Assembly: GCA_963707865.1 (NCBI GenBank)
Contig: OY970175.1
Span: 694,028 to 758,027 of the forward strand
DNA length: 64,000 nt
From: an uncultured bacterium
Lineage (GTDB): Bacteria > Patescibacteriota > Minisyncoccia > UBA6257 > 2-01-FULL-56-20
Reading direction: 5' to 3'
How positions within the stretch are numbered: position 1 is the stretch's first letter; every line of letters begins with the position of its first letter. The notes beneath the pieces are model-generated. The model searched no databases, had not been told where the DNA came from, and was given only the letters and a program-made list of their open reading frames with translations. Below, piece by piece: positions 10,320 to 20,575 of this stretch. The translations under genes and the position numbers were made by a program.

Positions 10320-11030
10320 TCATATTGGCTTACAGATAAAATCCTCCTCGGCATCATGCCGCAGCTCGCAATGGTATGGGGCAATTGAGTTCAGAACAAG
10401 AGGAAGTTCCACCTTGTCGGTGTTCCGGTGATATGCGGACATGGCTATGATGGGCTTGTTTTTCTTTATGGTTTCCGCCGCGCCTTTCAGGACATTTGCT
10501 TCGGAACCCTCCACGTCCATTTTCAAGAAGTCCATTGGGATATCGAGGGAATCTATGGTCTTCATGGGAACGGGAGTACCGCCATGTCCAATGTAATTTC
10601 CATCCTCTAGGCCCCTGCACTCTATAGACGCTGCGCGATCGCTTCTCGGCACCCTAACCAAGGATGCAGTGCCGTTGAAATCGCCCAATACGCAGTTAAA
10701 GCATTTGATGTTCAAATAATTTTTCGTATTCTCCCGAAGAACATCAAACGTCTTTGGAGTCGGTTCAAAAGCGTAGATTGTGCAATCGGGATGTTTCTGC
10801 GCCGCAAAGACAGAGAATACGCCAATGTTCGCCCCCGCATCCACTACCGCGGCATTCGGCTTGATAAGTTCCACATGGTACTGGTTTTGGGTGATAATCT
10901 GAAAAATATGCCCTCTTAAGCTTTTTGGTCGCCAGATTTGGGGAAACATCATTCCGAGAGTTTGGAAAAAAGTAAGTTTTCCATCGAAGAACCACCCCCA
11001 AGCCATGATTCTTGCTTTGATATGTTTCAT
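10320..11030 (-). CDS. FkbM-family methyltransferase
   Basis: The motif VVDAGANIGVFSVFAAQ...IYAFEPTPKTFDVL is typical of Methyltransf_21 (FkbM). Confidence 0.7.
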   Translation of the reverse strand: MKHIKARIMAWGWFFDGKLTFFQTLGMMFPQIWRPKSLRGHIFQIITQNQYHVELIKPNAAVVDAGANIGVFSVFAAQKHPDCTIYAFEPTPKTFDVLRENTKNYLNIKCFNCVLGDFNGTASLVRVPRSDRAASIECRGLEDGNYIGHGGTPVPMKTIDSLDIPMDFLKMDVEGSEANVLKGAAETIKKNKPIIAMSAYHRNTDKVELPLVLNSIAPYHCELRHDAEEDFICKPI

Positions 11031-11091
11031 GCCGTTTTTACCATAGCCAGATCCCGATGATGCTTATTTTCTGCCTCATATTTCCCTGCGC

Positions 11092-11745
11092 CTATTTTGT
11101 CTGAACGCCCCTGGAAGAGGTTGCTTGCGATTGCGAGAGCATTGATCCGAGTGCTGCCTGTACGCTCGCGTCGCTCGGCCAATTGGAAAGGATCTTCTGC
11201 CCGATGGCGATCGCGTCAGTCGTATCTCCCGAGGCCCGGTAGAGGCCAAAAAGACCGTAGAGCGTCTGCGGGCGGTTGGGGCCAAGCGCAAGCCCTTCCA
11301 GATAATACTGCTTCGCGGCATTGAGGAACGAAGTGTCCTCCGTCCCCGCGAACGCCAATTCGTTCATGGCTCCTTCAAGATAGACGTCTTGCCCGAAACT
11401 CATTCCCTTGCCGCGCGCGATGATGGGGTCGTAGTAACTTTGCACAAAGCCGACGATGGCGGCCACCGTTGACGTGGAACCGACTCCGCGCTGCAAGAGC
11501 CCGAGGACGCTGTTCGCTGTGTTTCGCACGAGCTCTTCCTGGCCGATGGGCGAAGGATAATCAAGCGGCGCGGCGAGACGGCCCTCAAAATCCTGGAGCG
11601 AGGTGGGCGGCTGGGACTGGAAACTTCCCAGCGTATTGATAAAGAGCTCGGCCTTCCGGAGCGGCAGATACGAACCGTATGCGGCGACGGCGAGAATGAT
11701 GATCGCGAGCGCCGTAGCGATAGTTCCCTTGACAGTCCTATCCAT
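11092..11745 (-). CDS. Membrane-anchored hypothetical protein (TPR-like C-terminal region)
   Basis: The likely start is MDRTVKGTIATALAIIILAVAAYG (one TM helix). It is helical and repeat-rich. It lies immediately downstream of the O-antigen-ligase-like gene. Confidence 0.4.
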   Translation of the reverse strand: MDRTVKGTIATALAIIILAVAAYGSYLPLRKAELFINTLGSFQSQPPTSLQDFEGRLAAPLDYPSPIGQEELVRNTANSVLGLLQRGVGSTSTVAAIVGFVQSYYDPIIARGKGMSFGQDVYLEGAMNELAFAGTEDTSFLNAAKQYYLEGLALGPNRPQTLYGLFGLYRASGDTTDAIAIGQKILSNWPSDASVQAALGSMLSQSQATSSRGVQTK

Positions 11746-13222
11746 GGTGTTGGCGTTGACTATGATTCGCATGTTGCTCGGATCTTTCGTAAAAATAATA
11801 GTAGGCGAATCCCAAGAAGAGGAACAGGCAAAGGTACATCGGGAGCACATCAAAGATAGCGACGCCCTGCACCAAGTAGGCCACCGGCATTGCAAGGAGC
11901 AAACCGCGCTCCACGATCCCCGACGATGCCGCCCGAACGGCCTCGCCTTTCTTTGAAAAGAATTCCCACGCGAAGACGAAAAAGATGGAGAGGTAGCTCA
12001 AGAGCCCGAGCGCGCCGGTCTCCGCGAGATAATCAAAGAAAACGCTGTGCGCGCGGTCAAACCACGTTTCGCTGTTTTGGCCCGGCGTGAAGAAACGCGG
12101 ATCAAAATACTTGTCGTAGACCGCGGTGAAGTTCTCCGGACCCCATCCGAGAACCGGCCGCTCCAAGAACCCTTTCCACGCTTCGCCCCAGACCCAGAAC
12201 CGCGTCTGGGCAGTTGAATCAGAAAAGCTGATCTGCAAAAGCCGTCCACCGGGCAGAGTTTGCACTAAATTGGAGTTCCGCAACGAATAAACGGTCCCGG
12301 CGAACGCGATAAGAAGGATAAGTGCAATGAGCGACCATTTTCGGAAAGAACCGCGGCCGGCAAAGATGAAATACAGCACGAGGGCAAATAATCCCGCACC
12401 GAAGCCGAGCTCGGCACCGCGCGTCTGGCTCAAATAAAAGAAAATAAAGAGTATGAAGATAAGCGCCCCATAGCCAACATGGGACCACATTTTCATTGCA
12501 CCCGCTGCTTTCCTTCTAATCCAAAGGTATCCGGCATAGAACATAGAAAACATGAGATACGGCGCGACGTACGCGGGATTTCCGAGCGAACCCTGGAAAC
12601 GCCCGTCTATAAGCTTGTGCCACCACCCCGAGGGCGCACCCCCGCTCGTATAGGGCCCAATGAACCCGGAGAATAGAAAGTTTCCCCCAAGGCCGTAGAG
12701 GATCATAAGAACCGCCGCCGCAAGCGAAAATTTGAAAATATTTTTCCATTCTTTTTCGGTGCGCAGCAAAAGCACGAGGAGCAGGAAGAAGAGATAGTAG
12801 TGGATCATCTGGAAACCGCCTTCCCCACGCTCATAGTTGGCCCAAAACGCCGCATGCACGTCATACGCGAAGAGGCATGCAAGGAGGAACATAAACACGA
12901 ACGCGGAGACGGCGATCACGAGCGGTTTCTTAAATGCCGTCCGGAGATGCGTCATCAACTCGCCTTCCCGCATCTCAAATGCCCATGCTAAAATGAAGAA
13001 AATAAGCGCAAGCTCAATCGCAAACCTGAAAAAATAATCCTTCCCGCCGATGAAGGGAAAAAATATTGAATTCATCACGATGACGACCGCGAACACCGCG
13101 ACGTAGAGATACCATTTCGCGATGCGGCGGAGAGAAATGCCAAAAAGTTTCGCCACGATGCCGAGAATGGGCAATGCAACGATGACCGCGAGCGCTTCTG
13201 GGTGGTTAATGATGGTGTCCAT
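11738..13222 (-). CDS. O-antigen ligase-like (Wzy_C) polytopic membrane protein
   Basis: 494 aa with about 10 TM segments. A loop carries ...YLSQTRGAELGF... typical of the O-antigen ligase/Wzy_C family. Confidence 0.65.
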   Translation of the reverse strand: MDTIINHPEALAVIVALPILGIVAKLFGISLRRIAKWYLYVAVFAVVIVMNSIFFPFIGGKDYFFRFAIELALIFFILAWAFEMREGELMTHLRTAFKKPLVIAVSAFVFMFLLACLFAYDVHAAFWANYERGEGGFQMIHYYLFFLLLVLLLRTEKEWKNIFKFSLAAAVLMILYGLGGNFLFSGFIGPYTSGGAPSGWWHKLIDGRFQGSLGNPAYVAPYLMFSMFYAGYLWIRRKAAGAMKMWSHVGYGALIFILFIFFYLSQTRGAELGFGAGLFALVLYFIFAGRGSFRKWSLIALILLIAFAGTVYSLRNSNLVQTLPGGRLLQISFSDSTAQTRFWVWGEAWKGFLERPVLGWGPENFTAVYDKYFDPRFFTPGQNSETWFDRAHSVFFDYLAETGALGLLSYLSIFFVFAWEFFSKKGEAVRAASSGIVERGLLLAMPVAYLVQGVAIFDVLPMYLCLFLFLGFAYYYFYERSEQHANHSQRQHHG

Positions 13223-13230
13223 AACAACGG

Positions 13231-14727
13231 CTAACGGGCGTATTCCACGGCCCGTATTTCCCGGATGACGTTCACTTTGATCTCTCCTGGATATTGTAAC
13301 TCGGATTGTATCCGGTTCGCAATCTCCCGCGCAAGTTCAAGCGCACGGAAGTCATCTATCTTTTCGGGCACCACGAACACGCGGAGTTCGCGGCCTGCGG
13401 AGATAGCATAGGCCTGCTTCACGCCCTGAAACTCCGAGGCAATCTTCTCAAGGTCGGCGAGACGCTTCACGTAATTCTCAAGCGTCCCGCGCCGCGCGCC
13501 GGGCCGCGCCGCCGAGAGCACATCCGCCGCAGCTACGATGAACGCTTCCGGCCGCGCATAGGGATAATCATCGTGGTGGGATTGCATCGCCTCAATAACA
13601 CGCTCGTCAATGTTGTACTTTTTGAGGAGTTTCATGCCGAGGTCTACGTGTGTCCCCTCCACCTCCTGATCAATTGCTTTGCCAATGTCGTGGAGAAACG
13701 CCCCTTTCTTCGCAACCTCCGCATTCAACCCGAGCTCGCGGGCCATCATTTCCGAAATATACGCCATCTCAACAGAATGCGTGAGTACGTTCTGGCCGAA
13801 GCTTGCCCGGAAATGCAGCCGGCCAACCATCTGTAAAATCTCCTTCGGCATGTCAAAAATGCCGAGGTCTTGCGCTGCCGCCTCGCCGATCTCCTGCGTG
13901 CGCTTACCGAGCTCTGTTTTCGCCTCCTCCACTTTCTCCTCAATCTTTGCGGGCTGGATGCGGCCGTCTTTGATCAAGCGCTCCAGCGCAATCCGCGCCA
14001 CTTCGCGGCGATAGGGATCAAATGAAGAAATAATGATCGCCTCCGGTGCCTCGTCAATGATGAATTCCACCCCCGTTGCGCGCTCCAAAGCCCTGATATT
14101 CCTCCCCTCGCGGCCAATGATCTTTCCCTTCAGGTCATCGTCGCTCAAAGGTAACAGCGTGGTCGTAATCTCCGACACGTGCGAGCGCGCATAGCGCTGG
14201 AGCGCGGTCGTTATAACTTCCGCCGTTTTCTTCTCGATCTCGTCTTGCCCTTCGCGGTCCATCTTCTGAACAAGCTGCGCCAAGTCCTGCGCCCGGTTCT
14301 CCTTCACGCGGCGTATAATTTCCTCCTTCGCCTCCTCCGCGGAAAGTTTCCCGATCTTTTCCAACTGTGATTGGACCTCGGCTTCCCCCGTTTTTAATTT
14401 CTCTTCGCGGGTGCGGAGTTTCCCCTCTTCGGCGGAAAGCTCCTCCGATCGCTTCTCAAACGTTTCCTCTTTTTTGAGGAGGCGGCTCTCCAACGCATCA
14501 ATTTCCTTCCTGTGCTCCTTTTCCTCGCTTTTGATATCAACCAAAAGCGAGGCGGCCTTGTCCTTTGCCTCTACGACAATCTCTTTCGCTTTGGCTTCCG
14601 CCTCAGCAAGATCCTTTTTTATTTTTTCTTCTACGTTCCCGAGCCGACTAGCCGCCCAATACCGACGGACGAAGTACCCTACTGCAATGCCAAAAACCGC
14701 CGCAACGAGCGGTATAAGTGCGTTCAT
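13231..14727 (-). CDS. rny: Ribonuclease Y
   Basis: N-terminal TM helix, then a long coiled-coil, then a KH domain (IIGREGRNIRALE) and an HD domain (LHDIGKA...). Confidence 0.9.
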   Translation of the reverse strand: MNALIPLVAAVFGIAVGYFVRRYWAASRLGNVEEKIKKDLAEAEAKAKEIVVEAKDKAASLLVDIKSEEKEHRKEIDALESRLLKKEETFEKRSEELSAEEGKLRTREEKLKTGEAEVQSQLEKIGKLSAEEAKEEIIRRVKENRAQDLAQLVQKMDREGQDEIEKKTAEVITTALQRYARSHVSEITTTLLPLSDDDLKGKIIGREGRNIRALERATGVEFIIDEAPEAIIISSFDPYRREVARIALERLIKDGRIQPAKIEEKVEEAKTELGKRTQEIGEAAAQDLGIFDMPKEILQMVGRLHFRASFGQNVLTHSVEMAYISEMMARELGLNAEVAKKGAFLHDIGKAIDQEVEGTHVDLGMKLLKKYNIDERVIEAMQSHHDDYPYARPEAFIVAAADVLSAARPGARRGTLENYVKRLADLEKIASEFQGVKQAYAISAGRELRVFVVPEKIDDFRALELAREIANRIQSELQYPGEIKVNVIREIRAVEYAR

Positions 14728-14803
14728 AGTTAATGTTATTGAAGTATTTCATTTTAGGGACTTTTAATTATTACTATAATACAATACCGCGCCAGGCAAA
14801 TAC

Positions 14804-14833
14804 TTGTCAATTAAATTCTGCCTTTGCTATAAT
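14804..14833 (+). promoter_or_regulatory. Candidate sigma70-like promoter in the rny/gpmI divergent intergenic region
   Basis: TTGTCA (14804-09), 18-nt spacer, TATAAT (14828-33). The intergenic region is AT-rich. Confidence 0.3.
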
Positions 14834-14957
14834 GGCAGTACAGCTGGTGGGAAGGGTTCCAGTCGCGCGCTGGACTGGCATAAAAGATCCGGAAACGGGT
14901 CTTTTGTGTTTTCGCACAGCGTTCGCGCGACCGCGCGCGCGCGGTTATAATAGAACC

Positions 14958-16493
14958 ATGGCAAAGAAAACAACCGTCCTCATTGTCCTTGACGGCTGGG
15001 GCATCGGCCACAACAGCGAATCAAATCCGATCTATGTCGTGAAGCCGCCGGTGTTTGAATGGCTAAGAAACAATTATCCAATGACGAGCTTGCAAGCGTC
15101 GGGGATCGCGATCGGACTCCCCTGGGGCGAGGTCGGCAACAGCGAGGTTGGGCATCTCACGCTCGGCGCCGGCAAAGTCCTTTATCAGTATTATCCGAAG
15201 ATTATGATGGCCATCCGGGACGGGACCTTTTTCCAAAATCCGGTGCTCAAGGCGGCCTGCGCTCACGCACGGGAGCATAATGCCGCGATAAATTTCCTTG
15301 GGCTTCTCACGAAAGCCAACGTGCATGCTGCACTTGATCATTTGAAGGCGCTCATCAAAATGGCTCAGGCGGAACAGGTACCGAAGATCAATCTGCATCT
15401 CTTTGCCGACGGGAAGGACAGCCCGCTGCACACTGTGGAAAGTTTCCTCGGCGAACTGCCGCGCGAATATCTTGCTTCCCTCATCGGCCGATACTACGCC
15501 ATGGACCGGAACGGAACCTGGCAGCTCACGGAAACCGCCTATGACACCGTGACGGGCCAAGCGGGGAGGGTGGTGGATGATCCCGCGCCCATCATTAAGG
15601 CTACCTACCAAGAAAGCGGCACGGAGGAATATCTCCCGCCGATGCGCTTTGGAGAAGACAAGAAAATTCAGGATGGCGACGCCGTCATTTTCTTCAATTA
15701 CCGCGAGGATAGCATCCGGCAGCTCGCGTCGTCATTCATATTGAAAGATTTTGACAAATTCCCGACGCTCAAGTTCCAAAATCTATACGTTGCAACGATG
15801 AGCCACTATGATGACACATTCAACGTCCCCGTCATCTACCCCGCCGACATTGTGGAAAATCCCATCGGAAAAGTGATCTCCGACCTAGGCATGGTCCAGC
15901 TTCGTCTTGCCGAAACTTATAAATATGCGCACGTTACCTATTTCTTCAACGGCCTCCGCGAGCCGCCGTTCAAAGGAGAATACCGCACGCTCATCCCTTC
16001 AAACTCCAGCCTCCACCCCGAGGAACATCCGGAAATGATGGCGGGGGCGGTCACCGACCGGCTCCTTGAGGCGATTCAAAACAAAACGTTTGACTTTATC
16101 CTCGTCAATTACGCCAATCCCGACACCATCGGCCACACCGCCGATTACAACGCGGCCCTGGAAGCCGTGCGGGTTATTGACCGAGAAATCGGCCGCATCC
16201 TCAAGGTCGCGATAAACCCAGACACCATCCTCGCTATCACAAGCGATCACGGCCACATTGAGGAAATGATCAGTCCCGTGACAGGGCTTCCCGAGAGCCA
16301 GCATGCATCAAGTCCCGTGCCGCTTCATTTTGTCGCAGACCAATACCGAGGCAGAAAATTCATCAACGCTGATATACTTGAAGCCGAAACGCTCGGCTCT
16401 CTCGCCGACGTCGCCCCCACCCTCCTTGAAGCAATGGGCATAGAAAAACCAGCCGAGATGACCGGCCGCAGCCTGCTGGACCAGATCGCATAG
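14958..16493 (+). CDS. gpmI: 2,3-bisphosphoglycerate-independent phosphoglycerate mutase
   Basis: Starts MAKKTTVLIVLDGWGIGHNSESNP. The family motifs are conserved throughout. The ORF track's upstream extension from 14733 is not supported. Confidence 0.9.
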   Translation: MAKKTTVLIVLDGWGIGHNSESNPIYVVKPPVFEWLRNNYPMTSLQASGIAIGLPWGEVGNSEVGHLTLGAGKVLYQYYPKIMMAIRDGTFFQNPVLKAACAHAREHNAAINFLGLLTKANVHAALDHLKALIKMAQAEQVPKINLHLFADGKDSPLHTVESFLGELPREYLASLIGRYYAMDRNGTWQLTETAYDTVTGQAGRVVDDPAPIIKATYQESGTEEYLPPMRFGEDKKIQDGDAVIFFNYREDSIRQLASSFILKDFDKFPTLKFQNLYVATMSHYDDTFNVPVIYPADIVENPIGKVISDLGMVQLRLAETYKYAHVTYFFNGLREPPFKGEYRTLIPSNSSLHPEEHPEMMAGAVTDRLLEAIQNKTFDFILVNYANPDTIGHTADYNAALEAVRVIDREIGRILKVAINPDTILAITSDHGHIEEMISPVTGLPESQHASSPVPLHFVADQYRGRKFINADILEAETLGSLADVAPTLLEAMGIEKPAEMTGRSLLDQIA

Positions 16494-16541
16494 CGATCTC
16501 CCGCCAGAGAAAACGACCGCGACCCTTACGGGAGGAAATCC

Positions 16542-16943
16542 TTGGCGCCTACCGCGTGGTATAATAAATCCGTTATGCACTGGCTCGCGCGCATCGTCCT
16601 CGTGATCGCCGGCAACGCCCTTGCCCTCTGGCTCGCGAATACGTACGTACCCGGTTTCGTCCTGAACGCAAACTGGCTGGAGCTCATAATCATCGCGCTC
16701 ATCCTCGCCCTGCTCAATTTTGTTCTGAAGCCGCTCCTTACGCTCATCCTCGGTCCCATCATCGTGATCACGCTCGGCATCGGCGTCATCGTCGTGAACG
16801 CGATTATCGTGTATCTCCTTCCCATCGTTGCCGATCATATTGACAAGCTTCAGGGAAGTATTAGTATTCAAACCATTCCCGCGCTCATTCTCTCCACGCT
16901 TATCATAAGCGCCATCAACTTTATTATTCATCTCGCCACCTAA
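16542..16943 (+). CDS. DUF360 / phage-holin-4_2-like small membrane protein
   Basis: About four TM helices (VIAGNALALWLANTYVPGF...). It is typical of the YvlD-like family often found next to secG. Confidence 0.5.
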   Translation: MAPTAWYNKSVMHWLARIVLVIAGNALALWLANTYVPGFVLNANWLELIIIALILALLNFVLKPLLTLILGPIIVITLGIGVIVVNAIIVYLLPIVADHIDKLQGSISIQTIPALILSTLIISAINFIIHLAT

Positions 16944-17159
16944 ATGATCTCCATTATCCAAATTTCCCTCGCCATCATCATCATCGCGCTTATTCTTCTC
17001 CAAGAACGCTCGTCGGGGATATCGGGGCTTTTGGGCGGCGAGGGCGGCGGGTTTTACCAGGCGCGCCGCGGGATGGAGAAGGTCATCTTCTACGCGACGA
17101 TTGTGCTCGCCGTCGCGTTTGTCGTACTCGCGGTATACCGGCTCGCCGCCCATCTGTAA
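16944..17159 (+). CDS. secG: Preprotein translocase subunit SecG
   Basis: MISIIQISLAIIIIALILLQ...GG..G...RRGMEKVIFYATIVLAVAFVVLA. It has the SecG two-TM pattern with a Gly-rich loop. Confidence 0.7.
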   Translation: MISIIQISLAIIIIALILLQERSSGISGLLGGEGGGFYQARRGMEKVIFYATIVLAVAFVVLAVYRLAAHL

Positions 17160-17203
17160 CCACAAACGGAGAGGCCGGGCTGCGCATTCGAGAGACACGC
17201 ATC

Positions 17204-18847
17204 ATGCAACTCCTTAAGAAAATTTTTTTTGCTTTTACGAGGAATGAGCGTATTGCGTTTTTAATTGCTGCCTCGCTTGCCGCCGCGAGCTTCGTAGTGG
17301 TCATGAGCTCGCTTGTGGTCCAGGCAACCACCGTGGTCCCCGCCGCTGGCGGAGATTATACCGAAGGAATGGTGGGACAGCCCGAATACGTGAACCCGGT
17401 TATGGCGGCGAGCGAAACCGATTTGAGTTTGGTAAAAATGATCTACAGCAATGTCTATGACATTGCCGACAACGTCGCGGTTTCGCCGGACGGAAAAACC
17501 TGGACGGTGCGACTGAAGGAGAACTTGCACTGGCAGGATGGCGAGAAGCTCACCTCCGACGATGTCATCTTCACCGTCCAGTCAATAGAAAGCGCGGATG
17601 CTAATTCCCCGCTCGCGGCAAGCTGGCAGGGCGTCGCCGTGAGCCGCGTGAGCGAACTCGTGCTCCAATTCAACCTTATCAACCCATATGCTTTCTTCGG
17701 CGACGATTTGAAAAACCTCTATGTGGTGCCTAAGCACGTTTTTGCGAATACGCCGCCCGGCAATTGGCGCCTCTCCGACTACAATTTGAGGCCCGTCGGG
17801 AGCGGCCCGTACGAATTCGTTTCATACGAAAAGCAATCTGACGGCACCATCTCGGCCTACCACCTCCGGGCGTGGGGCAATTATTTCGGTACAAAACCTC
17901 TCATTCAACATTTTGATTTCAGTTTTGCAAGCAACCTCGACGCCCTCGTGAAAAGTTTTAACGCGGGGCAAATCAACGGCATGGATAACGTCCCGCCGGA
18001 TCACCTTGCTGCGATTGAACGCCCCCATGATCTCTTCGCGTGGCGCACCTCAAGCTACTACGCGGTGTTCTTCAATCAGAGCAAAAGCCTTCCGCTCCAA
18101 GATCCCGCCGTCCGCGAAGCGCTTTCGGCCGCGGTGGATCGCAGCGCACTCGTCGCCCTCGTTTTAAACAGCAAAGGAACGCCGGAGTACGGCCCCATCC
18201 CCGAAGGCGCTCCATATTTTGTACCTGTTTCAGTGACGACCTCACTTGATTTCGCGTCGGCAACCCTTGATGCGGCGGGATGGCGCGCGGGCGCAGACGG
18301 CTTCCGCGCAAAGACCATCCAAAAAACCTCCGTGCCGCTTGTCGTGAACCTGACCGTCCCGCAGATAGATTTCCTCACGCGGACTGCACAAGCACTGCAA
18401 AGTGCATGGGAAAGCATTGGGGTCGCGGTGAACATCTCGCCCGCGGATCCGCAATCCCTCGCGGATAACACGATCAAGAACCGCGATTATGAATCGCTGC
18501 TTTTTGGGAACATCCTTGGTCCTGATTCCGATCTCAGCGCCTTCTGGGCCTCCTCACAAAGGTTCTTCCCCGGCCTCAACCTTGCAATCTATCAAAACAA
18601 GAAGGTTGACTCGCTCACTGCGGCGGCGCGCGCAGACATGAACGACGCCTCGCGGACGCAGGAATTCGCAAGTGCGGAAAACGCCATTGTCGCCGACAAT
18701 CCCGCCGTATTCCTTTATTCGCCGGACTATTTGTACGTGACCGATAAAAGCGTACGGGGCATAGCGACCGGATTCCTTTCCGATCCGTCCGACCGATTCC
18801 GAAACATCGGCGCGTGGTATTTGAACACAGCGCGGGTGCTCAAATAA
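17204..18847 (+). CDS. ABC transporter substrate-binding protein, family 5 (oligopeptide/nickel type)
   Basis: N-terminal signal/anchor. 547 aa with the SBP_bac_5 pattern. Confidence 0.65.
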   Translation: MQLLKKIFFAFTRNERIAFLIAASLAAASFVVVMSSLVVQATTVVPAAGGDYTEGMVGQPEYVNPVMAASETDLSLVKMIYSNVYDIADNVAVSPDGKTWTVRLKENLHWQDGEKLTSDDVIFTVQSIESADANSPLAASWQGVAVSRVSELVLQFNLINPYAFFGDDLKNLYVVPKHVFANTPPGNWRLSDYNLRPVGSGPYEFVSYEKQSDGTISAYHLRAWGNYFGTKPLIQHFDFSFASNLDALVKSFNAGQINGMDNVPPDHLAAIERPHDLFAWRTSSYYAVFFNQSKSLPLQDPAVREALSAAVDRSALVALVLNSKGTPEYGPIPEGAPYFVPVSVTTSLDFASATLDAAGWRAGADGFRAKTIQKTSVPLVVNLTVPQIDFLTRTAQALQSAWESIGVAVNISPADPQSLADNTIKNRDYESLLFGNILGPDSDLSAFWASSQRFFPGLNLAIYQNKKVDSLTAAARADMNDASRTQEFASAENAIVADNPAVFLYSPDYLYVTDKSVRGIATGFLSDPSDRFRNIGAWYLNTARVLK

Positions 18848-18994
18848 ACAGTGCGGATTTTCCAATGCTTTTTGGAACTTAGTTCAAGTCGCAGCGCCGG
18901 AGCAGATAGTTTGATATCGGACAGACCGAGAGGCGTTAGAACTTTTTGAGATACTGAGTGGTAGGGTGAGATAAAATTTGCTATATTCGTAGGT

Positions 18995-19687
18995 ATGAAA
19001 ACTGCAGGAATAATCGGCGGCCTAGGGCCAGAAACAACTTCAGAATTTTATCTGGAGCTTATTTTTTCATCAAAAAAATTAAATAAAGAAAGTTACCCGC
19101 CGATTTTAATATATAGCGTTTCACTGCCATATTTAGTTGAGGAAGAAGCCATCGTTAAGGGAATTGGTGTAGAAAGGTGTCTTCCGCTTCTGATTGATGC
19201 GGCACAAAAATTGGAAATGGGTGAAGCAGATTTTTTGGCGTTGCCCTGCAATTCCCTTCATTTATTTATTAAAGACATTAGAAAGTCAGTAAAAATTCCT
19301 GTTTTGAGTATACTTGAGGAAACCACAAATTTTCTCCGAGAAAAATCAATAAAGAAGGTGGGCATTATTTCTACTGCTATCACACAAAAAAATAAACTCT
19401 ACGAACAAGCACTACAAGAAAGTGACATTGAGGTTGTTGTGCCAGATGATTTCCAGCAAGCAAGAATAGGAAAAATGATTCATAATTTAGTTTCAAATAG
19501 AAAAAGCAATAAAGATAGAGAGGAATTGATTACAATTATCAATGACTTTGAAAAGAAGGCGGTGAAAAATGTTATTCTGGCTTGCACCGACCTACAACTT
19601 TTGATTCCTCAACATCCTCATCTCAAAATCTACGACACAATGAAAATCTTAGCAGACGCCACGGTGGAACGAATTTTGAAGGGATAG
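18995..19687 (+). CDS. Aspartate/glutamate racemase family protein
   Basis: MKTAGIIGGLGPETT... and ...ILACTDL... are the two conserved Cys-containing Asp/Glu racemase motifs. It lies in the low-GC islet. Confidence 0.75.
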   Translation: MKTAGIIGGLGPETTSEFYLELIFSSKKLNKESYPPILIYSVSLPYLVEEEAIVKGIGVERCLPLLIDAAQKLEMGEADFLALPCNSLHLFIKDIRKSVKIPVLSILEETTNFLREKSIKKVGIISTAITQKNKLYEQALQESDIEVVVPDDFQQARIGKMIHNLVSNRKSNKDREELITIINDFEKKAVKNVILACTDLQLLIPQHPHLKIYDTMKILADATVERILKG

Positions 19688-19825
19688 AAAGTTTTTCCTC
19701 AAGTGAGTAATTTTGCCGCATTTTTGACCGGGGTAACTATATCACAAAACTTGGAATGCTGAATTTGCTGGCCTTTTGTATAAAATAGGTTCTCACATCG
19801 TCCAATCGCCGGAGCGGATAAAAAT

Positions 19826-20575
19826 CTACTTGCTCAAATACAGCGAATCTAAGTCGCTGAATTTTTCTTGTTTTGTAATTCTTTTCACCAACACTCTTCT
19901 TTTCTCTTTGAAAACCCTGTACGCGTTCGCGTTGGAGCGGGAAGCAACAATCCGGTATCGTCCACCGACAAATTCGATGGCACAATGATTATCGACCGCC
20001 ACACCGAATCCGCCGATTTTCTTTATCATTTTTCGGAATGCATTCCTCCGTTTGACGCCCAGGGTCTGGCCATCGAAATGGGGACAGTATATCCCCCTCA
20101 CCAATCCCAATCCTTTCACATTAATGTAGCGCCAGGATTTCGGATGATAAAACGCCATCGAATCGCTGTGACCGGATTCAAACCAACAGATCGATCCCGC
20201 ACTTAACCCACAGAGGACGGTATTCTTCTTGTACGCCTCCTTCAGCAACCTACCTACTCCACGCTTCCTCCAAAGCTTCATCATCATGAGTGTATTGCCG
20301 CCGCCAACGTAAATAATGTCTGATCGTAGTATTTTTCCTTTGATTCCCTGATAAGATAATTTCTCACGGATCAAGAAGAGAACATCGGGCCTACACCCCA
20401 ATCTACGAAAATGCTCCCTAACAGTATCCCAATAGCCCCGATGATCAGAACTTGCCGTCGGAATGAAAAGAAGGCGAGGATGTCGTTTTCCGGAAAGACG
20501 AACAATTTCTTTATCAATAGAAGTTGTACCTTTCTTTCTGATATCCTCTCCTCCGATGGCGACGATTTTACCCAT
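19826..20575 (-). CDS. Peptidase E / S51 family (alpha-aspartyl dipeptidase, cyanophycinase-like)
   Basis: ...LLFIPTAS...IIYVGGGNTLMMMKLWR...LCGLSAGSICWFESGHSD is the S51 Ser-His-Glu catalytic region. It lies in the low-GC islet. Confidence 0.75.
   Translation of the reverse strand: MGKIVAIGGEDIRKKGTTSIDKEIVRLSGKRHPRLLFIPTASSDHRGYWDTVREHFRRLGCRPDVLFLIREKLSYQGIKGKILRSDIIYVGGGNTLMMMKLWRKRGVGRLLKEAYKKNTVLCGLSAGSICWFESGHSDSMAFYHPKSWRYINVKGLGLVRGIYCPHFDGQTLGVKRRNAFRKMIKKIGGFGVAVDNHCAIEFVGGRYRIVASRSNANAYRVFKEKRRVLVKRITKQEKFSDLDSLYLSK

Noticed and set aside
16308-17198. 296-aa minus-strand ORF rich in D/E/G/R
   Set aside because: It lies antisense across secG and the DUF360 gene. Its low-complexity acidic composition is typical of a spurious reverse-frame ORF over GC-rich coding sequence.
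18880-18900. ttcaagtc T-loop-like motif
   Set aside because: There are no flanking stems. It is not a tRNA.
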